This document shows positions 1-12,229 of a stretch of DNA of 64,000 nt, piece after piece. Under the pieces are notes generated by a model. It was given only the letters and a program-made list of their open reading frames with translations, was not told the DNA's origin and did no database searches. Each line of letters starts with the position of its first letter. The first letter of the stretch is position 1. The position numbers and the translations under genes are program-made. The DNA is from Octopus sinensis (Eukaryota), in the NCBI RefSeq assembly GCF_006345805.1, contig NC_043020.1, positions 8,680,001 to 8,744,000 on the forward strand, given 5' to 3'.

Positions 1-130
1 TCTGATGCTTTAGCAGTATCACCACCCATCTACCACCCCTGGACTACTATTTTGTTGGCCCAAAAAGATGAGCAGCAAAATTGATCTCAGTCAGATTTGA
101 ACTCAGAGCTGAGACAAACTGCAAACCATT

Positions 131-527
131 ACTCTTTTACTCTTTTACTTGTTTCAGTCATTTGACTGCGGCCATGCTGGAGCACCGCCTTTAGTCGAGC
201 AAATTGACCCCGGGACTTATTCTTTGTAAGCCCAGTACTTATTCTATCAGTCTCTTTTGCCGAACCGCTAAATGACAGGGACGTAAACACACCAGCATCG
301 GTTGTCAAGCGATGCTAGGGGACAAACACAGACACACAAACACACACACATACATACATATATATACATATATACGACAGGCTTCTTTCAGTTTCCGTCT
401 ACCAAATCCACTCACAAGGCATTGGTCGGCCTGGGGCTATAGCAGAAGACACTTGCCCAAGGTGCCACGCAGTGAGACTGAACCCGGAACCATGTGGTTG
501 TTTAGCAAGCTACTTACCACACAGCCA
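131..527 (-). mobile_element. tRNA-derived SINE family A
   Basis: Head GGCTGTGTGGTAAGTAGC...GGTTCAGT, (TA/TG) middle, tail TGACTGAAACAAGTAAAAGAG; more than 12 similar copies in the window. Confidence 0.85.
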
Positions 528-644
528 TGACTGCCAGTTTGCTGCTCCCTTTTTCACATCTTTTTGTTAGGCCCCTTATGTTCTAAATTAAAATCCTACC
601 TAAACTGATGTTTCTTTTCATTCCTCCATGATTGTTAAAATATA

Positions 645-870
645 TACATTATGTACATTATTTACATTTGACGGATATTTGTCCTCATCTTGTTTGTTGT
701 TAACACAACGTTTCGGCTGATATACCCTCCAGCTTTCATCAGGTGTCTTGGGGAAATTTTGAACCTGGGTTCTCATTCTTAAGGTATTTTTCAATGTTCA
801 CTGCCTGGAATTGAACTCGGAATCTTGGGGTTAGTAGCCCGTGCACTTAACTACTACACCATATGCCCTG
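645..870 (-). mobile_element. Penelope-like terminal-repeat fragment: tRNA-like head followed by a hammerhead
   Basis: Minus strand GGCATATGGTGTAGTAGTTAAG (A-box-like)...GAGTTCAATTCC (B-box-like), then ~50 bp, then the H1 hammerhead; partial inverted copy at 1185-1301. Confidence 0.6.
702..747 (-). ncRNA. Minimal type I hammerhead ribozyme motif (family H1, Penelope-type)
   Basis: Minus strand GACAC-CTGATGA-A-AGCTG-GAGGGTATAT-CAGCC-GAAA-CG-TT-GTGTT: stem I GACAC/GTGTT, core CUGAUGA/GAAA, palindromic ACGU stem III; the sister copy at 1279-1301 has GGCTG, restoring stem II. Confidence 0.72.
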
Positions 871-875
871 CCTGA

Positions 876-1163
876 ATAATAACAACAATAATAATAACAA
901 TAATAATAATAATAATAACAATAATAATAATAATAACAATAATAATAATAATAACAATAATAATAATAATAATCACAATAATAATAATAATAACAATAAT
1001 AATAATAATAACAATAATAATAATACAATAATAATAATAACAATAATAATAATAATAACAATAATAATAATAACAACAATAATAATAATCACAATAATAA
1101 TAATAATAATAATAACAACAACAATAATAATAATAACAACAATAATAATAATACCAACAACAA
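876..1163 (+). repeat. (AAT)n/(AAC) compound microsatellite
   Basis: Directly visible; source of the poly-N, I, L and Y ORFs. Confidence 0.97.
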
Positions 1164-1184
1164 CACTCTTAACCTCCTTCACTA

Positions 1185-1301
1185 AAGATTCCGAGTTCGA
1201 TTCCAGGCAGTGATCTGAATAATAATAACATCGAAAAAGTACCACAGGAACGAGAACCCAGGTTTGAAATTTCCCCAAGACACCTGATGAAGGCTGGAGG
1301 G
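1185..1301 (+). mobile_element. Truncated inverted copy of the same element
   Basis: aagattccgagttcgattccaggcagtga...ccccaagacacctgatgaaggctggaggg is close to the reverse complement of 725-826. Confidence 0.7.
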
Positions 1302-1380
1302 AACACAAGAACTGTTTCTATCAAACAATCAACTCATTTTCCATTTCCTTATCTTTCTCTGCTAAAATTAATTTTTTCAG

Positions 1381-1566
1381 GATCTCCATCGGACTGGTTG
1401 TCGCAGCTTCAGTGGCCATGACAACGAGGAAGAACGTGCTGTTCTGAAGCGTGTCCTGTTGGCCTATGCTCGCTGGAATAAAAATGTTGGTTACTGCCAG
1501 GGTTTCAATGTGATAGCGGCATTATTGCTGGATGTCTTTGATAGGAGGGAAGATGAAGCATTGAAA
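1381..1566 (+). CDS. TBC1D30: TBC1 domain family member 30-like Rab-GAP, internal exon (TBC domain, catalytic Arg/Gln fingers)
   Basis: ttttttcag|GAT...AAA|gtaagt; translates DLHRTGCRSFSGHDNEEERAVLKRVLLAYARWNKNVGYCQGFNVIAALLLDVFDRREDEALK (DxxRT and YxQG TBC motifs). Confidence 0.95.
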
Positions 1567-1746
1567 GTAAGTACAGTTCTTGAACCTTCTTCGACTTGCT
1601 ATTCCATATCTTGGTGGTGGTGGTGGTGGTCATGGCAGCAATGGTATGCTGAGGAGAGTGAGTTTTTAGATCCAGGGCTGTGGAATTGAGCTCACCATTT
1701 CTGTTTTTGAATCTCTTACATTGTATCTAGGACAACTTTGTCCATT

Positions 1747-2020
1747 TGTGACCATTCCATCTTTCATTCAAGCACAGTGTATCTAAGATTACGTTATCAT
1801 ATGTGGTGGTGGTCACTAGCTCCAGATATGTCTAATTCAACAGTGCACTCCTTTCCGATTGTGACCATCCTATCTTTCATTCAGGTATAGTGCATCTAGG
1901 ATTACATTATCATATGTGGTGGTGGTCACTAGCTCCAGATATATCTACTCAAATAGCGCATGCCTTCCCTGTTGTGACCATCCTGTTTTTCATCCAGGCA
2001 AAGTGTACCTAGGACTACAC
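1747..2020. repeat. ~112-bp diverged tandem repeat, about 2.4 units
   Basis: TTGTGACCAT at 1747, 1859 and 1972. Confidence 0.8.
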
Positions 2021-2109
2021 AACAAAGGAAGATCCAGATAATCTGTATCTGTACCCAGAGCCCTCTTAGCAGTGTTATAGTCCCCTGGGAAAATCAGTGC
2101 ATTGAGCCA

Positions 2110-2496
2110 TTACTCTTTACTCTTTTACTTGTTTCAGTCATTTGACTGCGGCCATGCTGGAGCACCGCCTTTAGTCGAGCAACTCGACCCCGGGACTTAT
2201 TCTTTGTAAGCCCAGTACTTACTCTATCGGTCTCTTTTGCCAAACCGCTAAGTGACGGGGACATAAACACACCAGCATCGGTTGTCAAGCAATGCTAGGG
2301 GGACAAACACACGCACACATAAATACATATATACGACAGGCTTCTTTCAGTTTCCTTCTACCAAATCCACTCACAAGGCTTTGGTTGGCCCGAGGCTATA
2401 GTAGAAGACACTTTCCCTAAGTGCCACGCAGTGGGACTGAACCCGGAACCATGTGGTTGGTAAGCAAGCTACTTACCACACAGCCACTCCTGCGCC
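2110..2496 (-). mobile_element. SINE family A
   Basis: Near-identical to the other family A copies. Confidence 0.85.
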
Positions 2497-2943
2497 TTTG
2501 GATATTTTTTACTGACAGTAACCACAGCATATATAGATCAGAATAGGGTCCCTATGTCTGAGGGGCCTCCAAGAAAATCAGTGCACTGAAGCACGTCATG
2601 CATGGATTAGAATTAAAACCCCTAAACCTATGGGTCTCCCTGGGCAAATGCTCAGTGTGGCCCTGCTCTAAAACAACCCTGTCTCTGTGCATCACAGTTC
2701 CTTATAAATTGCAGCATCTTTTAGAGGAACACCTTCAGGTGTTGTGGTGGCTCAGAATGCTTATAGACATAGATGCAGGTATAGTTGTGTGGTAAGTAGT
2801 TTCCTTATCCAACCACATGGTTCCAGGCTCAATCCCACTCTCTGTCACCTTCAGCAACTATTTTCTGCTATAGCCCCAGGTTACAGTAGTGGGCTCGGTG
2901 GACAGAAACTGAAAGAAGCTCATTGTATAAATGTGTGTATTTA

Positions 2944-3160
2944 GGGCGGCAAGCTGGCAGAATCCTTAACATGCCAGGCAAAATGCTTAGCGGTATTTCG
3001 TCTGCAGTTATGTTCTGAGTTCAAATTCTACCGAGGTCGACTTTGCCTTTCATCCTTTTGGGGTCGATTAAATAAGTACCAGTTACGCACTGGGGTCAAT
3101 GTAATCGATTTAATCCCTTTGTCTGTCCTTGTTTGTCCCCTCTATGTTTATCCCCCTGTC
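2944..3160 (+). mobile_element. tRNA-derived SINE family B
   Basis: GGCGGC-AGCTGGCAGAA...GAGTTCAAATTC (B-box-like)...GTCGACTTTGCCTTTCATCC...TAAGTACCAG. Confidence 0.8.
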
Positions 3161-3506
3161 GGCAAGGTCAAGGGACACATCGGGTTCCACAGTCTGTTTA
3201 GGCATGATTTCTACAGCTGGATGTTCTTCCTTTTGCCAGCCACTTTACACCGTGTGCTGGGTGCTCTTAACGTGGGCACCACCACCACCACCACCACCAC
3301 CAACACCAGTGCTTTTTATCCCTACAAGTTGACTATATTGACTCCAACTTTATCAACCCTGAAAGAATGAAGGGCAAAGTTGACTTTGGCAGGATTTGAA
3401 CTCAGAACTGAAAGAAATACTGCTAAGCGTTTTGTCCATGTTAATGATTCCATTAATTATATTAACTTCATTTAATTAACGATCGCTTTGGTTTCTTTTC
3501 TATCAG

Positions 3507-3675
3507 GTTATGGTTTACCTCATCGACCACGTGCTACCTGACAGTTATTTTGCCAACAATTTGCGTGCCTTATCTGTTGACATGGCTGTTTTTAGGGATC
3601 TGCTGCACTGGAAGTTCCCTTATCTCTCTCAGCACTTGGAAAATCTACAGAAAGCAGCTCAGGAAGAAGCATCAG
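3507..3675 (+). CDS. TBC1D30: TBC1D30-like internal exon
   Basis: tatcag|GTT...TCAG|gtaag; VMVYLIDHVLPDSYFANNLRALSVDMAVFRDLLHWKFPYLSQHLENLQKAAQEEAS; phase 0 to 1. Confidence 0.95.
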
Positions 3676-5773
3676 GTAAGAGGGTTTCTGTTCTTTCATT
3701 TTTTTTAAAGATTATAATATATATTCAAGGGTACGAGTATGGTTGCGTAGTTAAGAAGCTTGTTTCCTAACCATGTGGCTTCAGGTTCAATCCCACCACA
3801 TGGTACCTTGAGCAAGTGTCTTTTATTATAGCCCTGGGCTGACCAAAGCCTTAAGAGACTGAAAGAAGTCCCTTGAACATGTCATTCTTTGACATCTGTT
3901 TCCTATGCTGTCATGGGTTGGACAGTTTGAGAGCTGTACTGTGTTTAAGTCTGATTTGGCATGGTTTCTACAGCTGGGTGTCCTTTCTAAGGCCAACCAC
4001 TTTAGAGTGTGCTGGGTGCTTTGTATGTGGGACTGGCCCAAGTGCTTTTTTTATGTGGAACCAGAACAAAACTCTTGCAGGCCAATCCTCACGTGTGTGT
4101 GTGTGCACCCCTTTATATTGCATCACACAAGCAGTGCCATTTATCTCCAGTCCTCCTTGAAAATATTTGGCCAAAGGAAAATATTACCATACTCAGAAAC
4201 AGGTAAGGCTTTAAGTTAACTATAACACCTCCTAAAACTTAGTCAAGGGCGATTTTTTTTGGCCTTTTTCCAACTCTTTCCCTGTCTTGCAAGTTACTTG
4301 ATGACCTCACTAGTGTCATTGGCACAAAAAAAGGCACCCAGTATACACTGTAAAGTGGTTGGCATTAGGAAGGCCATCCACCCACAGAAACAATGCCAAA
4401 GCTGACACTGGAGATCAGCCGAGTCCCATGGTTTGCCAGATCCTGTCAAACTGTCCAACCCATGCCAACATGGAAAACAGACGTTATAAATCATTATTGC
4501 TGTTCTTGTGAGTGAAAGTGGTGGTTGTGGTGGGGGACTAAGAAAAGTAGGCATGTATGGAACTAAATGCCTTTCATTCTAGCATCCTGAGTTCAAATAA
4601 CATTAGGGCCTATCTTACTTTTCATTATTCCAGGGTTAATAAAGCCTATACCATTTATACAACAGTTTGAATCAGGTATACCCACACAAATTTTAAAATT
4701 TCATTTTTTTTTAACGCTTTGGAATAACAAATTAATATTTTTGCCTAACCCTTTTGTCACCATAATTCTGTTGAAATGCACTGCCTTTGGTTCAATTGAT
4801 TTTCAAAATAATGAAGAATTTACTAAAATAACTTTGCCATTAATTGAACTGGTGTGTGGAACATAAATTAACATAAAATGTTGAAGGAAGCTTTTTATTT
4901 AGATCACTTTAACCCTTTTGTTACCATATTTCTGCTGAAATGCACGGACTTTAATAAAATAACTTTGTCATTATTAAGCTGATGTTTGGAACAATTTAAC
5001 ATGGAATTTTGATACAAGACTTTAATGTAAATCAATTTAAACCTTTTGCCTCAATAGTTTTTTGTTTCAATTAATTTTCAACATAATGCAACATGGTTAG
5101 CAACATGGTTATGTCATTAAGCTGGTGCCTGGAGTATAAATTTTGAAGGAAGATTTTAATTTAAATTAGTTTAAGCCTTTTGCCACCATAATTGTGTTGA
5201 AATTCTTTACCTTTACTTCAAATAATTTTGGAAATAACGATGAATTTACTAAAATGTAAAGCCAATATCACAAAGCTTCTTGTCTGGTGCTTTAGCAGTG
5301 TCACCACCCATCTACCACCCCTGGACTACTATTTTGTTGGCCCAAAAAGATGAGCAGCAAAATTGATCTCAGTCAGATTTGAACTCAGATCGCTCAGAGC
5401 TGAGACAAACTGCAAACCATTCTATACAATACTCTGATGACTGCCAGTTTGCTGCCCCCTTTTTCACATCTTTTTGTTAGGCCCCTTATGTTCTAAATTA
5501 AAATCCCACATAAACAGATGTTTCTTTCTAAATTAAAATCCCACATAAACAGATGTTTCTTTCTAAATTAAAATCCCACATAAACAGATGTTTCTTTTCA
5601 TTCCTCCATTTTGTTGTTATTAAGCTGGTGTAAAGAGTATAAATTAAGATGAATTTTGATGAATTTTAATTTAGATCACTTCATGTCAAAGAATTTGTAT
5701 CAAAGAACCAGATGTGGTATTGAAAATGTTAAATAAAACTGATTTTGAAACCATGTTTTTCTTGTCTTGCCAG

Positions 5774-5945
5774 GTGCCATCTATGAGCCTCCATTAACCA
5801 ATGTCTTCACAATGCAATGGTTTCTGACTCTGTTTGCAACTTGTCTTCCAAAGAAAACTGTTCTCCGATTGTGGGATTCTATATTACTGGAAGGTTCTGA
5901 GATATTACTACGAGCAGCATTGGTAATCTGGAACAAACTGTCCAA
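5774..5945 (+). CDS. TBC1D30: TBC1D30-like internal exon
   Basis: gccag|GT...AA|gtaag; GAIYEPPLTNVFTMQWFLTLFATCLPKKTVLRLWDSILLEGSEILLRAALVIWNKLS; phase 1 to 2. Confidence 0.95.
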
Positions 5946-7272
5946 GTAAGCATGCATGATTTCTATCTGATAATTCTCATTTCTCTGTCAGGTTATTGGG
6001 GATTTAGTAGCCACGGACTCTGGTTCAATCCTACGGTGCTGCATCATAACTGTCTTCTGCTGTAGCCTGGGCTGTGTGTTGGAAATGATAGCTTTGTATT
6101 GTCTGCAAGCCATACTTGGTAACCTCTGTTATGTGATTTAACTAGTGTTCGGGGAGGAAGGTCTATAAGTGGTCACTTGATCTGCTAGAAATAACATCCC
6201 TCAGATGGCACATTGCCAAAAAAATGGTTGAATACTAATTGGTTGATCCAGTAGGTGGAGCCACTGTACAGTAAAGCCATCAAGAGCAAGGCCCTGAAAT
6301 GGTGTGCCCAGATTCTCTCCCGACGACTTCTAAAACCTGCTGCTTTCTGTTACATGGAGCTTTCAGTTGGCAGTACTTTCTCTGGCAAGCTACTTGCAAG
6401 TCTCTCTTGTAACTAGAAATAGTAGGCAAATCTCCTTCAAATCGCACTCTCTGCTACTTTAGACTAGAGAGGACCCATGGTGTCATGTACATTTTATTTG
6501 AAAACATAAAGGATGAGATGATCTCAGCTGGGACACCTTTTATTATGGATCACCTTGATCAGAGCTGAGCTGGATGCAAACAACAGCAACAACAATATTA
6601 GAAAAACAGTTTACAATGCATTGTCTTTTCTTTAGACATCTTGACGAAATCTTTAAAGAATGGAGTTGAAAAGATTTCTCCAAGAATTCATTCTGACTTG
6701 AAGAGATTCCAGATGTATTGAAAATCAATGGCCGTTCTTTAATTTGAAACTGTTTTTCAAGAAATTTTAAATCATGGAATCTTAATTTTGGTAATTTAAG
6801 GAGAATAATTCAAACCAGTCTGCATGGTTTTGAGTTCAGTGCCAGTGAGCAGTGCCATGGGCAAGTGTCTTCTACTATAGTTCCAGGCTAACCAAAGCCT
6901 TTTGAGAGCACACGATCTCAGATCAAATCACTTGCTATGCGAGTACATCTCCGTAAATATATATAATGAATATAATAAATGTTGACAATTTTTTCTATCT
7001 TATATTTTGTAAACAAATAATGCAATATTACATAAAGCATTTTATAAGGTTTCTTTCTTATCTGGAAACTCGCCACGTACCAGAAGCTGATGGATCATGG
7101 ACCGGCACCGGTCCAAGGATCACCACTTTGAGTAGTACTGCTCTAAGCGATTTTAATAATTGTATGTGTGTGTGTGAGTTTCTCCTTATTGCTGTAGGAT
7201 GTTCTTCTCATGTCCCAAGCTTTGTTGCTGTGTCTTGTGTATCCTGACATGTCTGTCTGTCTGTCACCACAG

Positions 7273-7378
7273 GAGAATATTAATGGTTGGCAGTGCTGAT
7301 GAGTTCTATACTCTCATGGGTGAACTGACCCAAGAAATGGTCAGTGGGGACAAGTTCAGTCCGGAAAAGTTAATAAAG
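7273..7378 (+). CDS. TBC1D30: TBC1D30-like internal exon
   Basis: cacag|G...AAG|gtaaat; RILMVGSADEFYTLMGELTQEMVSGDKFSPEKLIK; phase 2 to 0. Confidence 0.92.
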
Positions 7379-8039
7379 GTAAATGACATCAATTCCTTAT
7401 TATTTTTATGCATATTTTAAGTCTGACGTGTGTGTGTTGTGTGTGTGTGTGTGTGGTGTGTGTGTGTGTGTGTGTTGTGTGTGTGTGTGTGTCATGTGCA
7501 TGCATGTATGTCTATTGTGTGTGCATGCATATATGGCATACTTGCATACACACACACATGATTCAATAAAGGAGACTCTATTTGGTCACTCAATTTGCTA
7601 GAAATAGCAACCAAATCTCTCAGCTGTCTTCAAAAAACAGGATTGACATGTTGGATAATCAAGTCTTTGATTGTCTAGAACAAAACAAGGGGATGGTCAC
7701 TTCTAGAATGCCTTTAATTTTTTGTCTGTTCTATTCAGCTTGCCTTGGTACTTGCTGGACTAATCAAAATCGCTGCCATCCTATAAATGCAGGCTTGTCC
7801 TTTACGGGTGCCAGTGCCATATAAAAAGCACTTGCGCCAGAGCTGCATGGGCACATCTGTGCCACTGGCATGTAAAAAAAAAAAGGTACTCAGTACACTC
7901 TGTAAAGTGGTTGGTGTTAGGAAGGGCATTGAGCCATAGAAACCATGCCAAAACAGTCAACTGGAGTCTGGACAGTGCCCTTGCTGGCCAGCTCCTGTCA
8001 AACCATCTAACGCATGCCAGCATGGAAAACGAACTTTAA

Positions 8040-8259
8040 CCCTTTAGTGTTTAAACCGGCCGTATCTGGCCCAAATATTCTATATGTTTTATATTCAAAC
8101 TGGTGATATCTGGCCTCTCACACCTAACCTACAATGACATTCAGAAAATAAACATTCACATCACTGAAACCTCAAAGCTATAAGATAATGCAGGATTAAT
8201 TAAAAACAATTTGAGTGAAAAAGTATTATATTTAACAGAGTAATCTGAACACTAAAGGG
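8040..8259. mobile_element. piggyBac-type MITE family 1
   Basis: TTAA|CCCTTTAGTGTT...AACACTAAAGGG|TTAA: 12-bp TIR plus TTAA TSD. Confidence 0.85.
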
Positions 8260-8669
8260 TTAAACAATGATGATGAAAGTACATTGGCCTCAAAAGATCA
8301 AAAAGTGTCAGAAGAAATACCACAAAGCATTTTGTCTAATGCTGGAATATTCCTACTCAGCCTGCCGACAGTCCCATCTGCCGGTGCTGGTGTAAGTTCA
8401 TCCGTCAATATTTTCTGTGCTATTCAGCTCTTTACAACTATGCAAGACAAGATGTTTTTTGCAGGACAAATGCTGTGGCTTATGGCATTTAAAATGACAC
8501 ATCCCAGTTAAGTTGGATGTGTAAATTAATCATTTAGCATTTAAACTGGCCAAATCATTCTACCTGCTTTACATTCAAACCAGCCAGATGTGACCTATCA
8601 CACCTACCCTAGTGTTAATTTTAAAATTTTACAATCACAAAGCTGAGATAATGCTTGATTAGTTCAAAA

Positions 8670-9052
8670 CTAGCAGTATTGCCTGGCGTTGCTCGGGTTT
8701 GTAAGGGAAATAACTATAAAGCATTTTTAGAGAGTTATAGCCAAAAAATAGCAAAAAAATGCATTAAAAATGGAAAAAAAATTATGGTAAATTTTTTTTT
8801 AAATCGTTGACTCATCGTAGACATTTTTAGAGTTACTTCCCTTATATAATAGCGAAAAAATGCATTAAAATGAGAAAAAATGATGGTAAACTTTTTTAAA
8901 ATCGTAGACGCGCGCTAATACCCAGAAGGGCTCGATATGAATCACGACTATAAGATACCCGGTTTTGGTTAAACTGCACCGCAAAATGTGGGAGTAGTTA
9001 GGAATCTAAATCGTAGGAGACAGACACACAACCTCTCTTTTATATATAAAGA
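8670..9052 (-). mobile_element. Non-autonomous Helitron
   Basis: Minus strand A|TC start, imperfect subterminal hairpin CCCGAGCAACGCCAGG, CTAG|T end, no TSD; nested in a TTAA-MITE. Confidence 0.82.
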
Positions 9053-9201
9053 TAAGTATTATATTTGACAGAATAATCTGTGTGCTTAAGGGGTTAATAT
9101 TCATTACAAAAACTGCTTCTGTTGCTAATGGCTAAAAAATAATAATAATAACAATATCAAATGACAATTCAGTTCTAACTCCCCCCGCATCTCTGTTTCA
9201 G

Positions 9202-9436
9202 GCAATCTACTCAATATCACCGTTCCCATTTCCACAACTGAGTGAGTTACGGGAGAAATACACTTACAACATTCGCCCGTTTAGTGGCACTGCTAACAGT
9301 GGTAAGAAAGTGAACCAGTTTGATGGTGGCGTGTCTATCAGTGACGATGACCTCGACGAAGAAGACATGGAAGCCATCCGCTGTTTCACTGGACTCTTCA
9401 ACCTCCAATCTCTGAACTCGGCAAACAAGGCAAAAG
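9202..9436 (+). CDS. TBC1D30: TBC1D30-like internal exon (missed by the ORF track)
   Basis: tttcag|GCA...AAAG|gtttgt; AIYSISPFPFPQLSELREKYTYNIRPF...SDDDLDEEDMEAIRCFTGLF; PFPFPQLxELREKYTYNI matches my recollection of TBC1D30; phase 0 to 1. Confidence 0.9.
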
Positions 9437-10665
9437 GTTTGTTTTCACTTCATTTTATTTGTTGAGAAGAAACTTGCTGTTGATGACAAAAGTTCTTTTG
9501 TGGGACTTAGAGGGGGAAGAGCAAACTTCAGACATCAGGATATCTTCTAGGGTCTCAGCCTCACCTTTCACAGAATCCCTCTTGTCACTATCATCCTTGC
9601 TTCTCACTCTGTAAAGAAAACAGTGAGCAAGCAGAGCCATGAGGTTGTGAAGTCCCTTTAGCCACGTTGAGAACATGATGACCTCTCTAGAAATGGGGCC
9701 ATGGAAAGTGCACCCCAGTACATTCTATTAAGTGCGGTAAATCATGTTTTTGAAATGACTAAAGGGACCTCATTAGCCCCTTGTCTACTTGCTTGACAGC
9801 CTCTTTACAGAGTAAGAAGCATGAGTGATAGATGAATAACAAAAAGGGAGGATGGTCATGGCTGTACTGGGCAGCCCAAAGCCTTGCTGCACAACTGGTT
9901 AGAGCACCATTTATGTATTCAGAAATGTAGGAGCCCTGTGCAATCTCTTGACCTGCTAGAAGCAGAAGCCAAACTTCCCTCACATCATGCTCTGCTAGCT
10001 TAAAAAAAGATGGCTTTTTTAGAGAATCTACAGTATTTATTGCCTCTAAATAGATGACTTGTTCATGGTTGGAGTGTCGAGTTGATCTGGCTTCTACAAC
10101 AAAAACGAGGTAATTTTGCACCTTTCTTACCTGGCTACCAAGAATTTGTAAAAGACTATTTTGACAAAGAATTTTGAAAATAATGAAGAATTTAGTGAAA
10201 TATCTTTGTCGTTATCAAACTGCTTTTTTGGAACATAAATGAAATTTAGAAGGAAGCTTTTCATTTAGATCACTTTAACCCTTTTGTTACCATATTTCTG
10301 TTGAAATACATTAGTTTTGTTTCAATTAATTTTGGAAATTATGAAGAATTTTAAGCTGGTTTTTGGAAGATAAATCAACATAAAATTTTGATGGAAGGTT
10401 TTTTAGAATTTAGATCACTATAAAACAGGAAGCTTATATCATAGAACTTGGGTCAGTTTAGGTGGGTACCAGAAGAGTTAATAGTGTTGGGATATATTTC
10501 ATACAATTTATGGTTTCTAAATGAAAACTGAATCCTTCAAAGAATCAGCAAAAAAGTGAGTGAGTGAGTGGTTGGTTGGTTTCTTTCCTTCTTTCTATTG
10601 TCAATTTGAAGAACTGAACTTTAACTCTGTCACTTGCAACTAATCTATTTTGGCAATTAAAACAG

Positions 10666-10887
10666 GTTTAGAAGGAGACGTAACCAGCACTGCAAACAGC
10701 AACTGCAATGATATCTCAATGGTAGGACCTGGTATCTACGGAATGCCTTCAGTTACCGATTCCAACAACCTGACAGTGAATCGATCTTCGGCCTACATGA
10801 CAAGAATGACGACTGATTTAAGTGCCTTGAAGAAACAATACCAAAGGCTGCGCCAAAGACAAGCTCAAGCCCATATTATTTTGTCAG
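10666..10887 (+). CDS. TBC1D30: TBC1D30-like internal exon (coiled-coil segment)
   Basis: aacag|GT...TCAG|gtaaat; contains RMTTDLSALKKQYQRLRQRQAQAH; phase 1 to 1. Confidence 0.9.
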
Positions 10888-11580
10888 GTAAATGTCCGTC
10901 CGTCCGTCCGTCTGTCTATCAGTGTTTTTTTGTCCTCTTCCTCACTGTCTGTCTCTGCTTAACCCCTCTGTCCGGTTGGTGAGGCCACGTGGCCTCATGA
11001 CTACGGTGTTGCACTTGTGATCATGAGATTGTAGGTTCAATCCCTGGATTGAGTTGTACATTGCATTCTTGAGCAAATCATGTCCTTTCACATGGCTCTG
11101 CAATCACTCTGACATCTGACACACCTTGCATCTGCACAGGTAATGTTGATTTGATCCACTGTAAACAAATCATCTTTGCAGATTGTTCAGCAAAAAATTG
11201 CAAAACCTGCAGCTGTTGTTCATGATAGGAGAGTCTACCTTATTCATACACACACATTATATATATATGTGTGTGTTTGTGTGTATGTTTTCTGTGCTGA
11301 TTTGGTAAACGATGTAACAAACCGTTGCAGAAAATGAACATCTGTTTGTTTATAAAAACAACACAACAAAATTATAGTCCTTAAATCCGAAGTAGGTATG
11401 GTGGTATAATGGTAAGCATACTTGCTGTGAAAACATAGAGGTGTGGATTTGAGTCCCACCCATATGGAACACCCTACTTTTTTTTCTGTCAAGGGGTTTA
11501 TATGCCCCAATATTAGACTATTTTCCTTAGTCAATATGCAGTGACCACTTATAAGCTTTAAACTTATAAATTATACATAC

Positions 11581-11619
<39 letters not shown>

Positions 11620-11851
11620 TACATTAATTAATCCCTCGCCATATTGTGGTTTATTATTTGAGCTTATGTCAATTCCCCCATGGTGTTCTTTTGCATTTAT
11701 AATAAAATAAATATATACAAATTATAGAAATAATATACAGTACAATACTGTTTCTACTTCGCGCATTTTCAATTATTGCGGGGGTTTTGGAATGTAACAT
11801 CTGTGATAGTCAAGGGATTAATGTATATATATATATATATATTTTTTTTTT

Positions 11852-12229
11852 TTACTTGTTTCAGTCATTTGACTGCGGCCATGCTGGAGCACCGCCTTTA
11901 GTCGAGCAAATCGACCCTGGGACTTATTCTTTGTAAGCCCAGTACTTATTCTATCGGTCTCTTTTGCCGAACCGCTAAGTGACGGGGACGTAAACACACC
12001 AGCATCGGTTGTCAAGCAATGCTAGAGGGGCAAACACACATGCACATACATATATATACATATATACGACAGGCTTCTTTCAGTTTCCATCTACCAAATC
12101 CACTCACAAGGCATTGGTCGGCCCGGGGCTATAGTAGAAGACACTTGCCCAAGATACCACGCAGTGGGACTGAACCCGGAACCATGTGGTTGGTTAGCAA
12201 GCTACTTACCACACAGCCACTCCTGCGCC
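11852..12229 (-). mobile_element. SINE family A
   Basis: Near-identical copy within an (AT)n tract. Confidence 0.85.

Noticed and set aside
831-1308. Poly-N, poly-I, poly-L and poly-Y ORFs
   Set aside because: Translations of the (AAT)n microsatellite.
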